Origin: Pristiophorus japonicus
Taxonomy: Eukaryota
Direction of reading: 5' to 3'
Length of the DNA stretch: 64,000 bases
Assembly (NCBI RefSeq): GCF_044704955.1
Contig: NC_091999.1
Span: 16,182,001 to 16,246,000 of the forward strand
Below the pieces are notes generated by a model. That model was not told the origin of the DNA and did not search any database. It was given only the letters and a program-made list of their open reading frames with translations. Positions 25,940 to 40,409 of the stretch are shown here, piece after piece. Position numbers and translations under genes: made by a program. Position 1 is the first letter of the stretch; the number at the start of each line of letters is the position of its first letter.

Positions 25940-28900
25940 ATGACCATAACACGGTTGAATTTCAAATTCAGTTGGAGAGCGCGAGAGTTGACTTTCAAAC
26001 CACTGTCCAAAGCTTCAATAAAGGAGCCTACAAAGGGATGAGGGCAGTTGTGGCTAAAGTGGACTAGGAAAATAGATAAAAGTATGGGATGGTTGATGAG
26101 CAGTGGCAGACATTTAAGTAGATAATTCATAACTCGCAACAAAAATACATCCCAATGAGAAGGCAAGACTGTAAGAGAGGGGATAACCATTCGTGGCTAA
26201 CTAAGGAAATAAGGATGGTTTCAAATTGGAAATAAAGGCATACAGTGTGGCCAAGACTAGTGGGAGGCCAAAGGACTGGGAAACTTTTAAAAGCCAGCAA
26301 TGAACAACGAAACAAATGATGAAGAGAGGGAAGATAGATTATGAAAGTAAACTAGCGCGAAATATAAAAACAGATAGTAAGAGTTTCTACCGGTACATAA
26401 CAAGCAAAAGAGAGGTTAAGGTAAATGTTGGTTATCAAGCGGATGAGACTGGGGAACTAATAATGGAGAACAGGGAAATGACAGAGACGTTGAACAAATA
26501 TTTTGTATCGGTCTTCATGGTAGCAGACACTAAAAACATCCAAATTGTGGAAAATCAAGGGGCTATATGGAGGGAGGAATTTATTACAATCACTATCACT
26601 AATGAAGTTGTACTCGGTAACATAATGGGACTAAAGACGGACAAGTCCACAAGGCCTGATGGGTTACATCCTATGGCCCTAAAAGAAGTGGCTGCAGAGA
26701 TAGTGGATGCTTTGGTTGTAATCTACCAAAATTCCTTGAATTCTGGGGCGGTCCCAGCGGATTGGAACACTGCAAATGTAGTGCCCCTATTTTAAAAAAT
26801 AGGCAGACAAAAAGCAAGAAACTATAGACCAGTGAGCGGAACATCTGTCATTGGGACAATGCTGAAATCGATTAAGGAAGCAGTAGCGGGACATTTGGAA
26901 AAGCAAAATACAATCAAGCAGAATCAGCATGGTTTCATGAACGGGACGACATGATTGACAACTTTGCTGGAGATCTTTGAGGATGAAACGAGCAGGGTGG
27001 ATTAGGGGGATCCAGTGGATATAGCGTATTTGGATTTCCAGAAGGTATTCGATATGGTGCCACATAAAAGGTTACTGCACAAGATAAAAGTTCTCGGGTT
27101 TGAAGGCAATATATTGGCATGGATAGAGGATTGGCTCACTAACAGATCGGAGGGTCGGGATAAATGGGTCAATTTCCGATTGGCAAACAGTATCTCGTGG
27201 TATGCCGCAGGGATCGGTGGTGGAATCTCAACTATTTACAATCGATAGTAATGACTTGGATGAAGGGACCCAGTGTAATATAGCCAAGTTTTCAGATGAT
27301 AAAATGAAGGGTGGGAAAGGAAATTGTGAGGAGGACACCAATAACCTGTAAAGGGATATAGACAGACTAAGTGAATGGGCAAAACTCGACAGGATATTGG
27401 TGAAGCCACATCTAGAGTACTGCGTCCAGTATTAGCCTCTGTATTTAAGGAAGGATATACCTGCATTGGAGGCTTTCCGTTGAAGGTTGATTCCGGAGAT
27501 GAGGGTGTTGAATTATGAAGATAGTGTGAGTAGGTTGGGCCAATACAAATTGGAGTTCAGAAGAATGAGAGGTGACCTTATTGCAAATTATAAGATAATG
27601 AGGGCACTCGACATTGTGGATGCAGAAAGGATACTTCCACTCATAGGGGAAAATAAAACTAGGGGACATAGTCTCAGAAAAACAAGCTGCACTTTTGAAA
27701 CTGAACTAACGGGGAATTTCTTCGCTCAGAGGTATGTACATCTATGGAATTTTCAGCCCCAGAGAGTTGTGCAGACTAGGTCATTGAATATATTTAAGGC
27801 GGAGATAGAAAGATCTTTGAGCGATACTTTTCAGAATGACAGGCAGTGACTAGTGGGGTACCGCAAGGTTCTGTGCTGGGGCCCCAGCTGTTTACACTGT
27901 ACATTAATGAATTAGATGAGGGGATTAAATGTAGTATCTCCAAATTTGCGGATGACACTAAGTTGGGTGGCAGTGTGAGCTGCGAGGAGGATGCTGTGAG
28001 GCTGCAGAGCGACTTGGATAGGTTAGGTGAGTGGGCAAATGCATGGCAGATGAAATATAATGTGGATAAATGTGAGGTTTATCCACTTTGGTGGTAAAAA
28101 CAGAGAGACAGACTATTATCTGAATGGTGACAGATTAGGAAAAGGGGAGGTGCAAAGAGACCTGGGTGTCATGGTACATCAGTCATTGAAGGTTGGCATG
28201 CAGGTGCAGCAGGTGGTTAAGAAAGCAAATGGCATGTTGGCCTTCATAGCAAGGGGATTTGAGTACAGGGGCAGAGAGGTGTTGCTACAGTTGTACAGGG
28301 CATTGGTGAGGCCACACCTGGAGTATTGTGTACAGTTTTGGTCTCCTAACCTGAGGAAGGACATTCTTGCTATTGAGGGAGTGCAGCGAAGGTTCACCAG
28401 ACTGATTCCCGGGATGGCGGGACTGACCTATCAAGAAAGACTGGATCAACTGGGCTTGTATTCACTGGAGTTCAGAAGAATGAGAGGGGACCTCATAGAA
28501 ACATTTAAAATTCTGACGGGGTTAGACAGGTTAGATGCAGGAAGAATGTTCCCAATGTTGGGGAAGTCCAAAACCAGAGGTCACAGTCTAAGGATAAGGG
28601 GTAAGCCATTTAGGACCGAGATGCGGAGGAACTTCTTCACCCAGAGAGTGGTGAACCTGTGGAATTCTCTACCACAGAAAGTTGTTGAGGCCAATTCACT
28701 AAATATATTCAAAAAGGAGTTAGATGAGGTCCTTACTACTAGGGGGATCAAGGGGTATGGCGAGAAAGCAGGAATGTGGTACTGAAGTTGAATGTTCAGC
28801 CATGAACTCATTGAATGGCGGTGCAGGCTAGAAGGGCCGAATGGCCTACTCCTGCACCTATTTTCTATGTTTCTATGTTTCTAAGAGAATAAAGGGTTAT

Positions 28901-29010
28901 TGGGATCGGGCAGGGAAGTGCACCTGAGTCCATGATCAGATCAGCCATGATCTTATTCAATGGCGAGCAGGCTCGTGGTGGCCCACTCATGTTCAGATTT
29001 CTAATGTTCT
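25940..29010 (+). mobile_element. 5'-truncated CR1 (unit module) hosting a nested younger CR1
   Basis: 159-aa ORF KIDYESKLARN...WNTANVVPLF and the same internal deletion (~27385). Its 3' end resumes at ~28883. Confidence 0.9.
27826..28883 (+). mobile_element. Young CR1 3' half (nearly intact RT C-terminus)
   Basis: SGVPQGSVLGPQLF..KFADDTKLGG, one frameshift near 28078, then a long open frame to 28785 and a (TTCTATGT)n tail. Same subfamily as 3560-6427. Confidence 0.96.
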
Positions 29011-29014
29011 TTTG

Positions 29015-29385
29015 CTTACATTACACTTGGCACTGTCTCTCTTAAATTACACTAGACGCTGTCTCTGTTCATATTACACTAGACGCTGTCACTATTTAAA
29101 TTACACTAGACCCTGTTTCTGTTTATATTACACTAGACCCTGTCTCTGTTTGTATTACACGAGACCGTGTCTCTGTTTCTTTTGCACTAGACCCTGTCTC
29201 TCTTTATATTACACTAGACCCTGTCTCTGTTTATATACACTCGACCCTGTATCTCTTTATCTTACACTAGACCCTGTCTCTCTTTATATTACACTCGACC
29301 CTGTCTCTCTTTATATTACACTAGATCCTGTCTCTCTTTCTGTTACACTAGACCCTGTCTGCCTTTATGTTAAACTGGGCCATGT
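29015..29385. repeat. 27-bp minisatellite array
   Basis: YYTRPCLCL / YITLDPVSL periodicity. Confidence 0.92.
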
Positions 29386-30624
29386 ATCCATTGACTTCAT
29401 AAGACAATGTCTGTTTGTGTCAACTGAGGCTCAGGGTGTCTAACTTTCTCCGCGGTCTCAGATAGTTTTGGGATGAACTCCCTCTCCAGGGACTATATAT
29501 CTATTTATTGTACAACAGATAGTTATTTTTGCCATGCGTCTGTTAGAGAGACAGAAGCTATATAGACGGTGGATAGATATTACTATAAATAAAGATATTT
29601 ATGTGTGTCGGTAGGAGGATGCAATACTTTTTTTTGGTTGGAACATCAGTTTAATTTCGTTAATAGCTATCAATAGTTTTGTGTAATGTCGTATTGATCT
29701 GGTATTGTATGGGTAATATTTGTGTTGAGAGGATGGGGTGAATCTTATAACAATCTCCCAGAGATGGACTGGGATTGAGGGACAGGACTGAAGGTGAGCA
29801 ATTCACTGCACTTTACACTACTTAGTGGCACCCTGTGTGTTAAAGGTCACTAATTCACACTTGTCTTCTCCTGTGCCAATTGCTCCCAGTTCTTTAATGT
29901 TAAGGATTGTTTTTCCTGCAGTATTTTCTATTGAGCTTTCACGTGACCCACTGATTGTGTCAGACCGAGCCTGGAACCGTGATCTCACAGCACCGCCATA
30001 TGGGCGGCTGCAGGCTCCCAGTATCCACCGGAGTTCAATCTCTCATCTGGCTAAGACGATCAACTGAAAAGAGAACACACAAAGTGTTTTCTATATGTGT
30101 ATGTATATGTGTGTGTGTATGTGTGTGTGGTTATGTACATGTTTGTATGTGTGTGTATGTACAAATTATAATGTGTGCAAGAACATTCAACAAAGTTAAA
30201 TGATTATCTTCAACCATTATTTTTCAGCATTTTATTTTATTCAACAGCTAATTGCCGATCGTTTAATACCTTTAACATTCATTGATAACACATTGTCTTG
30301 CACGCTCTACTTTAGAAAGTGATGTCACACTGACGATTCCCTTACCAAGGTGAACATGTCTGTCCGCTGTATTCAGTGGGAAAAGGGATTAAATTACATC
30401 GAGGATAATGAGCAGCCAGCCACCAGTCTCTGCGCTTTATTGTCCAACAATCATTCACCATCACACAGAATCTCCTGATACACACCTCAAGTATATGATG
30501 ATTGGTGCAAGTGATGGTAAACATGAAACTGCACTGTACCTGGCATGAGGTTAGTATATATGTAATTACCTGACTAATTGTTTCTCTCATTACTGCACTA
30601 GACCCAGGCTCAGTTTATATCGTT

Positions 30625-32230
30625 GATGTGGTGGATTTAGAAAAGGTGTTTGATAAAGTGCCTTGATAATATCCGTGCCAGCAAAGTTGAAACCCATAGC
30701 ATAACAGGGACAGTGGCAGCCTGGATATGAAATTGACTGAGTGACAGGAATCAGAGAGTAGTGTTTTTTTTGGACTGGAGGAAACACTGCTTTTCTTGAT
30801 TTATATTCATGAATTATATTGGGTGTAAGGGCACAATTTTAATATTTGCAGATGACTCAAAGCTTGGAAGTATAGTGAACAGTGAGGAGGGTTATTATAT
30901 ATTTCAAAAGGATGTAGACTTGCTGGTAGAATAGACGGATGCATGGAAAATGAAACACATAAAATTTTGAAGTGATACATTTTGGTAGGAAGAACGAGGA
31001 GAGCCAAAATGAACCAAAGGGTACAATTCCAAAGGGTATGATGAACACAGAGACCTCAGGCTATATGTGGATAAATCATTGAATGTGGCAGGGCAGATTG
31101 AGAAATTGGTTTAAAAAGCATATGGGAGCATGTGCTTCATAAATAGAGGCATAGAATACAAAAGGAAGGAAATTATGTAGAACCTGTAAAAAACACTGAT
31201 CAGGCCTCAACTGGAGTATTGTGTCCAATTCTGGGCACCGCACTTTAGGAAGGATGTGAATGCCTTAGAGAGGGTGCAGAAAATATTAACGTGTTGTTCC
31301 AGGGATAAGGTACTTCGGTTATGTGGTCTAGTCTGGAGAAGCTGGGGTTGTTCTCCTTAGAGCAAAGAAGTTTGAGGTGAGATTTGAATGAGGTGTTCAG
31401 AATCATAAGGGGTCTCGAGAGAGTAGCTGGAGATGAACTTTTCCCATTGGCAGAAGGGTCGAGAACAGAGGACACAGATTTAAAGTGATTGACACAACCA
31501 AAGGCGACATAAGGAAAACGTTTGTATGCAGCGAGTGGTTATGATCTGAAATGCAATGCCTGAAAGGCGGGTGGGCGAAGATTCAATCATGGCATTCCAA
31601 AGGGAATTGGATAAGTACTTGAAGGAAGAAAATTCACATGGCTACGGGAAAGGACGGAGGACTGGACTGGTTGAAATTCTCTTGCAGAGAGCGACACGGG
31701 TTATAAAGGCCGAATGGCCCTCTTCTGTGCTGTAACCATTCTATGATTCTATAATACACCAGAGCCTGTCCTCAGTTATAACTACACAAGACACTGTTCC
31801 AGTTTATATAACCCCACACACCATGTTAAATATTCACTCCCTTCACCACCGGCGTACCATGTCTGCAGTGATTACTATCCACAAGATGCATTGCAGTAAC
31901 TCGCCAAGACATCTTCGACAGAACTTTCCAAATCTACGACTTCATCCACATAGAAGGACAAGGGCAGCAGGCTCATGGGAACACCATCATCTCCACGTAC
32001 CCCTCCAAATCACACACCAATCTGGCTTTGAAATGTATTATCTTTCCTTCATAGACACTCGGCCAAATTCTTAAACCCCGTCCCTAACACTGTGTGAGTA
32101 CCTTCTCCACAAGGTCTGCAGCGGTTCAAGGTGGCAGCTCACCAACTGCTTCTCAATGCCAATTAGGAAAAGACATTCAATATTGGACTTGCCAGCGACA
32201 CCCACACCCACATGTCAGGAACCAATAAAC
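30625..32230 (+). mobile_element. Old CR1-type remnant plus second-family LINE tail (unit modules)
   Basis: Paralogous to 9015-9915 and 10565-10962. Confidence 0.82.
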
Positions 32231-32559
32231 AATATCCCTGTATCAGTCATTACAGTACTAGCCACTACCTCTGTTCGTACTGCATTTGAACTATTAATAT
32301 TGTACTAGGCCCTGTCTCAGATATTAATGGAATATGCCATGCGTTTGTTCCGATTACAAAAGATCCTGTCTCTGTTTATATTAAACTAGACAAGGACATT
32401 GCTTATATTACAGTAGCTCCATCCTTTAACATTACTGCATTAGAACATGTCTCTTTTTTTATATTAGACTAGACCCTGTTACCGTTATTACTGCACGAGA
32501 ATATGTCTCTCTTTATATTACACTGCACGCTGTGTCAGGTATTACTGCTCTAGACATAT

Positions 32560-32770
32560 AACTCCCAGGGCAGATGTAGCATGTGTCAGATACAGAGTAA
32601 AGCTCCAACTATACTGTCCCATCACACTTGCACAGAACAATAACAGCACGGGTTAGAGACAGAGTGATGCTCCCTCTATACTGTCCCATCACACACTGCC
32701 AGGGCAGGTGCAGCATGTGTCAGATACAGAGTAAAGATACCTCTAAACTGTCCCATCAAAAACTCCCATG
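32560..32770. repeat. 67-bp minisatellite array
   Basis: About 3 copies. Confidence 0.85.
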
Positions 32771-33639
32771 CCATTTAATGCACAGGTCACATTTTGGACT
32801 AAAACCCCCTCTGTGCACTCCAATCAATTTGGTCCGAGGCAGATCCTTATGGCTGAAGGAAATCTTTTGTTAGATGTTGACATCTAGTTCTGGGGGAATG
32901 TCAATGATCCATTCTTGAGAGATAGGAGGAAAATGGAAAATTGAGAGGCAGAGGATACACAAATATCCACTATCACCTTTGTGATGTTGCTGTACATGCT
33001 GACGAGAAGCAATCTTTCCCCATTCTGTCCGTGGGTATCATCTTTACTTTATTCTCCTATAATTTAGAGAAATGTACCAAAAAACAATTGTTGTTGGAAT
33101 CTGTTGAGAGATTTGCATTTCTCTCTGTCTTTATTTCAATGTTTTGTTGGTGGGGAAACTTTTATTGTGTCTTTGTTGTTCAATGCTCTAATCTGGGACT
33201 TCTATGTCTGTGTTTATTTACATAAATGCCTCACTGCTGGCGATGAAATGTCCATGGCAGCAAAATCAGATCAACATAGTCACTTATTGATTGGGCTCAA
33301 CTCACAACAATGGCTTATTTTAAGAATATTGACAGAAGTAGAAATATGTCGAACAGTGACGTTACCTTCAGTTTTGTTCAATTGCAACAGATGTGATTTA
33401 TATCAAAGGGAATAAATATTTAAATGAATAATTCAGTTCTTAAAGATCTGCTGCTGAAATCAGTGGAACATCTCTGAACAGGCTGTTATTCCACTGCATC
33501 TCCATTTAATGGAAGATTTAAATAACTGAAACTAAATAATTTAAACCAGTAACCAGAGGAGTGCCGACAATCACAGGATTATCTGAGCATTTAACATATT
33601 GCAACTTGTATTTTGAAATGTTGATATTTAGATACACAT

Positions 33640-34085
33640 TGCATTCATATAGCGCCTTTCATGATCTCATGATATCCCAAAATGATTTACAGACAATGAA
33701 TTACTTTGGAAGTTTAGTCACTGTTGTAATGTAGGAAGTGTGGCAGCCAATTGCTGCACATCAAGATCCCACCAACAGCAATGAAATAATGATCAGATCA
33801 TCTATTTTTCAGATGTTGGTTAAGGGATAAATATTCGCGCTGTGAACCCTGGAGAACTCATCTGCACTTTAACATAGTGCCATGAGTCCTTTAAATCCAC
33901 CTGAGTGGGAAGAAGGGGAATCAGTTTAATGTCTGTCCTGAACGACAGCACCTCTGACCGTGCTGCACTCCCTCAGTACTGGCACCGGACGTGTCGGCAT
34001 AGATTATGGGCTCAGGTCACTGGAGTAGAGTTTAGTATCTGAATTTCTGAATCAAAGGTGACAGTGATCCCACTGAGCCGAGGCT
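33640..34085 (-). mobile_element. DeuSINE (SacSINE1-like)
   Basis: Paralogue of 12210-12645. Confidence 0.87.
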
Positions 34086-35436
34086 CGACCATATCACAGC
34101 ATGTATTTTAAAATGTTGCCATTCAGCTCATCGTGTCTGAAGTTCAGGGCCTGAGCCCAGTCTTACTCCGGTCCGTTTATTATCAGGGACGAGTTCTCCT
34201 ATCTTGCCTGGGATGTCATTCCCACACTGGAATTTCCACTGGATCTATGTAAAAGTGTCAGCGAATACGCAAGGAACATCTGGAAGTGCCTGAAGCACAA
34301 GGACTCACCGATTACACTGTAGTTTTACAGTGTGTCAGATGCACTATCAGAGCAGCTGGAAGCTGGGACTGTTCTGCTTAGAGCCGAGCAGGTCATGGGC
34401 CATTTAATAGAGGTGCTCAAAATCAATAAGAATTTTGTTCGGGTAAATTGACATATACTCCATCACTCCGTCCCTCCATCCCTCCCACACTCCACCCGAC
34501 TCTACTTCACTCCCTCCCTTCATCGCTTCCTCCCTCCATCCCTTCTATCCTCCACCTGTCTCTCCTTCCCTCCCTCCCTCCATCACTCCCTCCATCAAAC
34601 TCTCCCTCCCTGCACCCATCCCTCCCTCCCTCCGTCCATTTCTCACCCCTCCAACACGCCACCCCTCCCTTGCTCCACTTCTCCCCCCCTCCATCCCTCC
34701 CTCAGCTCAACCGATTATTATTTTTTTCCTTTGCAGTTTTTCTGCTCCCATCGATGAGTATCCCTCAGATGGAATTTTCTGCACCCAATTCCTTCACCGA
34801 GCTTTAATATATATTAACAAATAAGAGAGAGAGCGATGGCTAATATATATATTTAATACCATCCCCCCAAAAAAACTGACAAGAAATAAAATGGCAACAT
34901 TTCCGGAGAGGGAGTGGCTGGGGAAGTGGCACTGGATAGAAATTCTAGACAGGGCAGTCAGGATATTTTTCCGTTATGTAATTAAAAAAACAGATAATAA
35001 TTTTAGAAATTCTTTTAACGCATCATCGACTTCAGCCGCTCATTTTTCCTCCACTTTCTCGCTGTTGAGGACGGGTCAGTGCCGGCCTGGAGCTCGCTGC
35101 CATTGTGTGTACCGGACGGTAGGATGCAAGCTCTCGCTACACGGACAGATTTGGAGAAGCTGTGGCTGTTCTCCTTACAGCAGAGAAGTGTGAGGGAAGA
35201 TTTGCCAGATTGGTACCAGGGATGAATGACTATAAACACGAGTTCGGCCCCAGCTGGAGTATTGTGTCCAATTCTGGCCAGCACACTTTAGGAAGGACAT
35301 GAAGACTTTCGCTAGGGTGCAGAAGAGATTTACTGGAAATGTATCAGGGATGGGGATTATAATTATGTGGAGGGACTGGATAATCTCGGGCTGCTCTCCT
35401 TACAGCAGAGAAGTTTGCGAGGAGATTTAGTAAATT

Positions 35437-36823
35437 ATAAGAACATAAGAACATAAGAATGAGGAGCAGGAGTAGGCCATACGGTCCCTCGAGCCTGCTG
35501 CGCTGTTCAATAAGATCATGGCTGATCTGATCATGGGTTCAGGTCCACTTCCGCACCCGCTCTCCATAAACCCATATACCCTTATTATTTAAGAAACTGT
35601 CTATTTCTGTCTTAAATGTATTCAACGTCCCAGCTTCCACAGCTCTCTGAGGAAGGGAATTCCACAGATTTACCACCCTCTGAGAGAAGAAATTTCTCCT
35701 CATCTCAGTTTTTCATGAGATGAAAACTATTCTAATATCATACCCTCTAGTTCTAGACTCCCCTATCAGTGGAAACATCCTCTCTGCATCCACCTTGACA
35801 AGCCCCATCATAATCTTATACGTTTCGATAAGATCACCTCTCATTCTTCTGAATTCCAATGAGTAGAGGGCCAACCGACTCAACTTTTCCTCATAAGTCA
35901 GCCCCGTCATCCACGGAATCAACTGAGTGAACCTTCTCTGAATTGCCTCCAAAGCAATTTTATCCTTCATAAATATGGAAACCAAAACTGCACGCAGTAT
36001 TCCAGGTGTGGCCTCACCAATACCTCATATAGCTCTAGCAGACTTCCCCGCTTTTATACTCCATCCCCTTTGCAATAAAAGCCAAGATACCATTGGCCAT
36101 CCTGATCACTTGCTATACCTGCATACTATCCTTTTGTGTTTCATGCACAAGTACCCCCACGTCCCGCTGTACGGAGGCACGTTGCCATCTTTCTCCATTT
36201 AAATAATAACATGCTGTTTGATTTTTTTTTCTGCAAAGTGCATGACCTCACATAGTCCAACATTATACTCCATCTGCCAATTTTTTTCCCATTCACTTAA
36301 CCTGTCTATGTCCTTTAGCAGATACTGTGTATATTCCTCACACATTGCTTTTCCTCCAATCCTTTTATCATCAGCAAACTTGGCTACGTTACACTCAGTC
36401 CCTTCTTCCAAGCTGTGAATGGAGATAGTAAATAGTTGGGGTCCCTGCACTGATCCCTGCAGCACCCCATAGTTTCTCGTTGCCAACCAGAGAATGAACC
36501 ATTTATCCCGACTCTCTGTTCTCTGTTAGTTAGCCAATCCTCTGTCAATGCTAATATATTACCCCCGATCCCGTGAACTTTTATCTTGTGCAGTACCCTT
36601 TTATGTGGCACCTTGTCAAATGCCTTCTGGAAGACCAAATACACCACACGCACTGGTTCCCTTTTATCCACCCTGTTCGCTACATACTCAAAGAACGCCA
36701 GCAAATTTGTCAAACATGACTTCACCTTCATAAATCCATGCTGCATCTGCCTGACCGAATTTTGTTTTTCCAAATGTCCAGCTACTTCTTCGTTAATAAT
36801 GGAATCCAACATTTTTCCAACCA
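35437..36823 (-). mobile_element. CR1 RT-3' fragment, same insertion site as 24131-25507
   Basis: Same flank 'gagatttagtaaatt|ataagaacataag' and the same 5' truncation point (VVGKM). Confidence 0.93.
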
Positions 36824-36953
36824 CGATTAGTACGAGGCATTAGGGACTTCAGTTAATGTGGAGAGACTGTAGAAGATGGGATTGTTCTACTTGAAGAAGA
36901 GAAGTTAAAGTGGAGATTTGATCGACGTGTTTAAAATCATAAAGGGTTTAGAT

Positions 36954-39900
36954 CAATGGTTCTCAACCGGTGTTCCACTGCATATTGGTGTGCCGTGAAC
37001 CCTTCACAGGTGTGCCGGCAAATTGTGTAAAAGTATGGTGGACTTTAGCTGATTTCTCAATGAAACACAAACCGTTTCACTCTGAAACAGAAGGGGAGGG
37101 GGAGGGAGAGAAACAGAGAGACACATATGTCATCTATCTATATTTATGACGCCACTGCTGTAGTAAACATTGCCAATATTGACAAATAACTATCTATTTA
37201 TCTCTATTATTATAAAAAAAAACTATGTTCTAGAGTTGTACAAGTAATGATGACAAGAGATAGCACATACAAACAATTTAAATGTCCATACTCAGAACAA
37301 AGTCCTTTGGCAAAATTTGTTTCCTTTGAGTATTCGACATCGCACAACCCCGCCCCCCCCACCCCACCTCTCTATTCCCTTACTGCCTCCCATTACTGAT
37401 AAAGAAGTGCGAGTGCCTACCATCGACTGAAACTGTGTGTGTAAGCGCGTGCTTGTGTGTGTATGTGCGTCTGTACCAAGGCTTATCCAGGGGGGCAGTT
37501 GGGCCATGTCCATGCCCAATCCAAAATAATAGTATTAAATTGTTCATTTGAAAAGCTTAAAATGTAATTATTATATTGGATGAAAGAAATGAAAGATGAC
37601 TCTAACACATATGCAGTAAAATGTGTAGTTTTTATACGAAAATGTCAAACCCTATTTAATTACATTCTTATTTATATTTTGTTATTTTTGTTTATTGATC
37701 TGCAGCTTGATGTTTGGCCGGGACTGGCGGCATCTTTGATGCTTTGACCTGATATAGCGCCAATTAGCGGCTCCTTTGGTGTAAGCGTCATCCAATTTGA
37801 CCTGGCCTCGCCACTCTAGCGGTTACTTTGATTTCTGAGCGTTCGCTTTTAGCATATTTTGACCACAGTCAAAATCAAAACTTCCTGTTCAACTCTAGGT
37901 TCGTTTCTGTCTGGACTCTCTGGAGTTTGGAAATTGGAAGACTCAGTTCGTATCTGTCTGGAGTTTGGATCATTCAGAAGAAAAATTTTGTCCTCCCAAT
38001 GGACAAATTCATCATAAGAAAACGTAAAAATGAGCAAGGAGATATCAATGACAATGCCACTACAAGTGGCGCTAGTAGGCCTACAACCAACGCCAAACCG
38101 AATCCTAAAAAATCCAAAATTCAGCGTCAATATATTGAGGATTATTTGAGGTTCACTTTTTCATGGACAGGAGAAGAAGAATGCCCCATTCCACTGTGTG
38201 TTTGTGCGGCAAAAAAAACTGTAGAACAGTCCAATGGTTCCCAGGACATTCAAACGTCATTGTACTACGAAACATGCACATCTTTCAACAAAAGATCAGA
38301 TGTATTTTCAGAGATTGATGGCAACGCAATCAAAACAAGTGAAATATTTTGAAAAAAATGTTAAGGTAAGTTTCAAATTGCATCTTAGGAAATTGCTGAA
38401 TTAATAGCGCAGAAAATGAAGTCTCATACTGTAGCTGAGTCACGTATGTTGCATGCATGTCGTAAAATTGCCAAAATAATGCTTGGTGATGCAGCGGAAC
38501 AAGAAATTGCAAACATTCCGCTGTCTGACGATATAATTCGGAGAAGCATAAATGAAATGTCACCTAACATTGAAGAAAATGTAGCCAATAAACTTACAAA
38601 CTCGAATTTTGCTGTGCAAATCGACGTGTCCACCAACATTAGTGATAAATGTTAGCATTTGTTCGCTTCATTCATGAAAACGAGATAGTTAACCAATTTC
38701 TGTGCTGAAGAAAACTTCCCAAAAGTATTAGAGGTCAAGACATATCTGATTCTGTGAATTCATATTTAGAAGACTTGAGAATTTCATGGGACTCATGTGT
38801 TGGAATCTACATGGACGGTGCTCAATCTATGGTGGGATTTGTCAAAGGGTTCATTACGCTTGCAAAAAAACATAATCCAAATATATTCCCCCAATGCCTT
38901 TTGCATAGAGAAGCACTTGTTACAAAGACATTACTGCTCGAATTAAAATCTGTGTTAGATCAGGTTGATAATATTGTAAATTATATAAAATCAAGACCTT
39001 TAAAAACTTGCTTGTTAAACAGCTCTGCAAAGCTATGGATGCACAGCACGAATGTTTACTTTTGCATACAGAGGTAGGATGGCTTTCAAGGGGAAAAGTT
39101 TTATGTCGTGTATTTGAACTTAAAAAAGAATTGTCAGTATTTTTTGAAAAAGAAGGAAATGATACCTTTTGCAAATACCTGAAGAGTGAAATGTGGTGTG
39201 CTAAGTTGGCATATTTGGCAGCTGTATATAATTGTCTAAACAGAGTTAATACCAGTATGCAACGGCGAAATGAAAACATTCTCAGCTCTACAGACAAGCT
39301 ATTAGCTTTTCAGAAAAACAATTCTCCCTGGAAAAAGAGAGCAACAGAAAAAAAATCTTAAAACCTTCCCTTTGATACCAAATCACAGTATTAAAAAGGT
39401 TGCTCCTATTGTGATAGAGCATTTGGCATCACTGGAAGACAGCATCAAAAATATTTTCGATCTTTGGATGTAGAGAATATGATTCCATTTTCTCCAACTA
39501 ATACGTCAGATTTTGATTTTACATTGCAAGAAGAAGAAGAATTGACTTCTACTTCTACAGACCACAGTCTTAAAATGAAACATTCAGATATGTCTCTTGA
39601 TGAATTCTGGATTTCTATTAAAGAAGAATATCCTGCAATATCAAAAAAAGCTTTGATAATTCTGATACAGTTTTCTACATCTCTGCGAATTAGGATTCAC
39701 ATCTCTTATGAACATCAAATGCGAAAAAAGGGAAAAACTTATCGAACTTGAACACGAAATGAGAGAGGCCGTATCGGTTATATGCCCTAATATTAGTGAC
39801 ATATCTAAAAAAACGTCAGGCACAAGTATCACATTAAAATACTAATTAATCTATAATTAACGTGAGGAATTATTATTATAGTTTATTATTTTATTGTTAC

Positions 39901-40101
39901 ATTCAGAATAAAAAATAATTAATAACATACATGCATAGAATGTTGTATATCTTCATATACTGTGATTAATAAAATGTTTTTAAAATTTTCTGAAACTTGC
40001 TTATTTTAACCTGTGTTCACCTTTTAATCCCTTCAAGTGTGCCACCAAAAATTCTAGTATACAAAAGTGTGTCGCGAACACAAAAAGGTTGAGAACCACT
40101 G
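36954..40101 (+). mobile_element. hAT DNA transposon, Charlie/Buster group, full length (3148 bp)
   Basis: 15-bp TIRs CAATGGTTCTCAACC (36954) and GGTTGAGAACCACTG (40087-40101). 8-bp TSD GTTTAGAT (36946-36953) / GTTTAAAT (40102-40109). Empty site 'gtttagatagagtaaat' at ~25630 and ~60047. Subterminal GTGTGCC repeats. Confidence 0.96.
37999..39837 (+). pseudogene. Buster/Charlie-type hAT transposase (ZBED5/ZBED8/SCAND3-like), frameshifted
   Basis: Fragments in order: MDKFIIRKRK; QYIEDYLRFTF..PLCVC (BED finger); KSHTVAE..IPLSDDII; FAVQIDVST; MDGAQSMVG; CLLHREAL; YIKSRPL; LLLHTEVGWLSRGKVL; EFW..EYPAISKKAL; QAQVSH-stop. Confidence 0.92.
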
Positions 40102-40409
40102 GTTTAAATAGAGTAAATAAATAGAAATTGATTCAGATATAAGGTGATTGACAAAAGAACCAGATGCGAAATGGACGAAATGTTTTATGCAACCACTGGT
40201 TAGGATTTGGGTTGTCCTGCATGGTCGGGTGGTAGATATAGATTCAATAGTTGCCCTTAAAAGGAAATTGTACAAATACTTGAAGGAGGAAAAAAAATGC
40301 AGGGATGTAGGGAAAGTGCGCGGGAGTGGGAGTAACTGGATTGCTCTTTGAAAGAGCCAGCACAGACTTCATGGGCTGAATGGCCACGTTCTGTGCTGTA
40401 CTAATCTAT

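Noticed and set aside
28060-28785. 241-aa ORF as a host gene
   Set aside because: It is the C-terminus of CR1 ORF2 in a 5'-truncated retrocopy.
32941-33415. Hydrophobic ORFs recurring in the AT-rich block (also 21780, 47334, 57339, 57412)
   Set aside because: They mostly start at non-ATG codons. Stops and frames differ between copies, and T-rich DNA readily yields hydrophobic frames.
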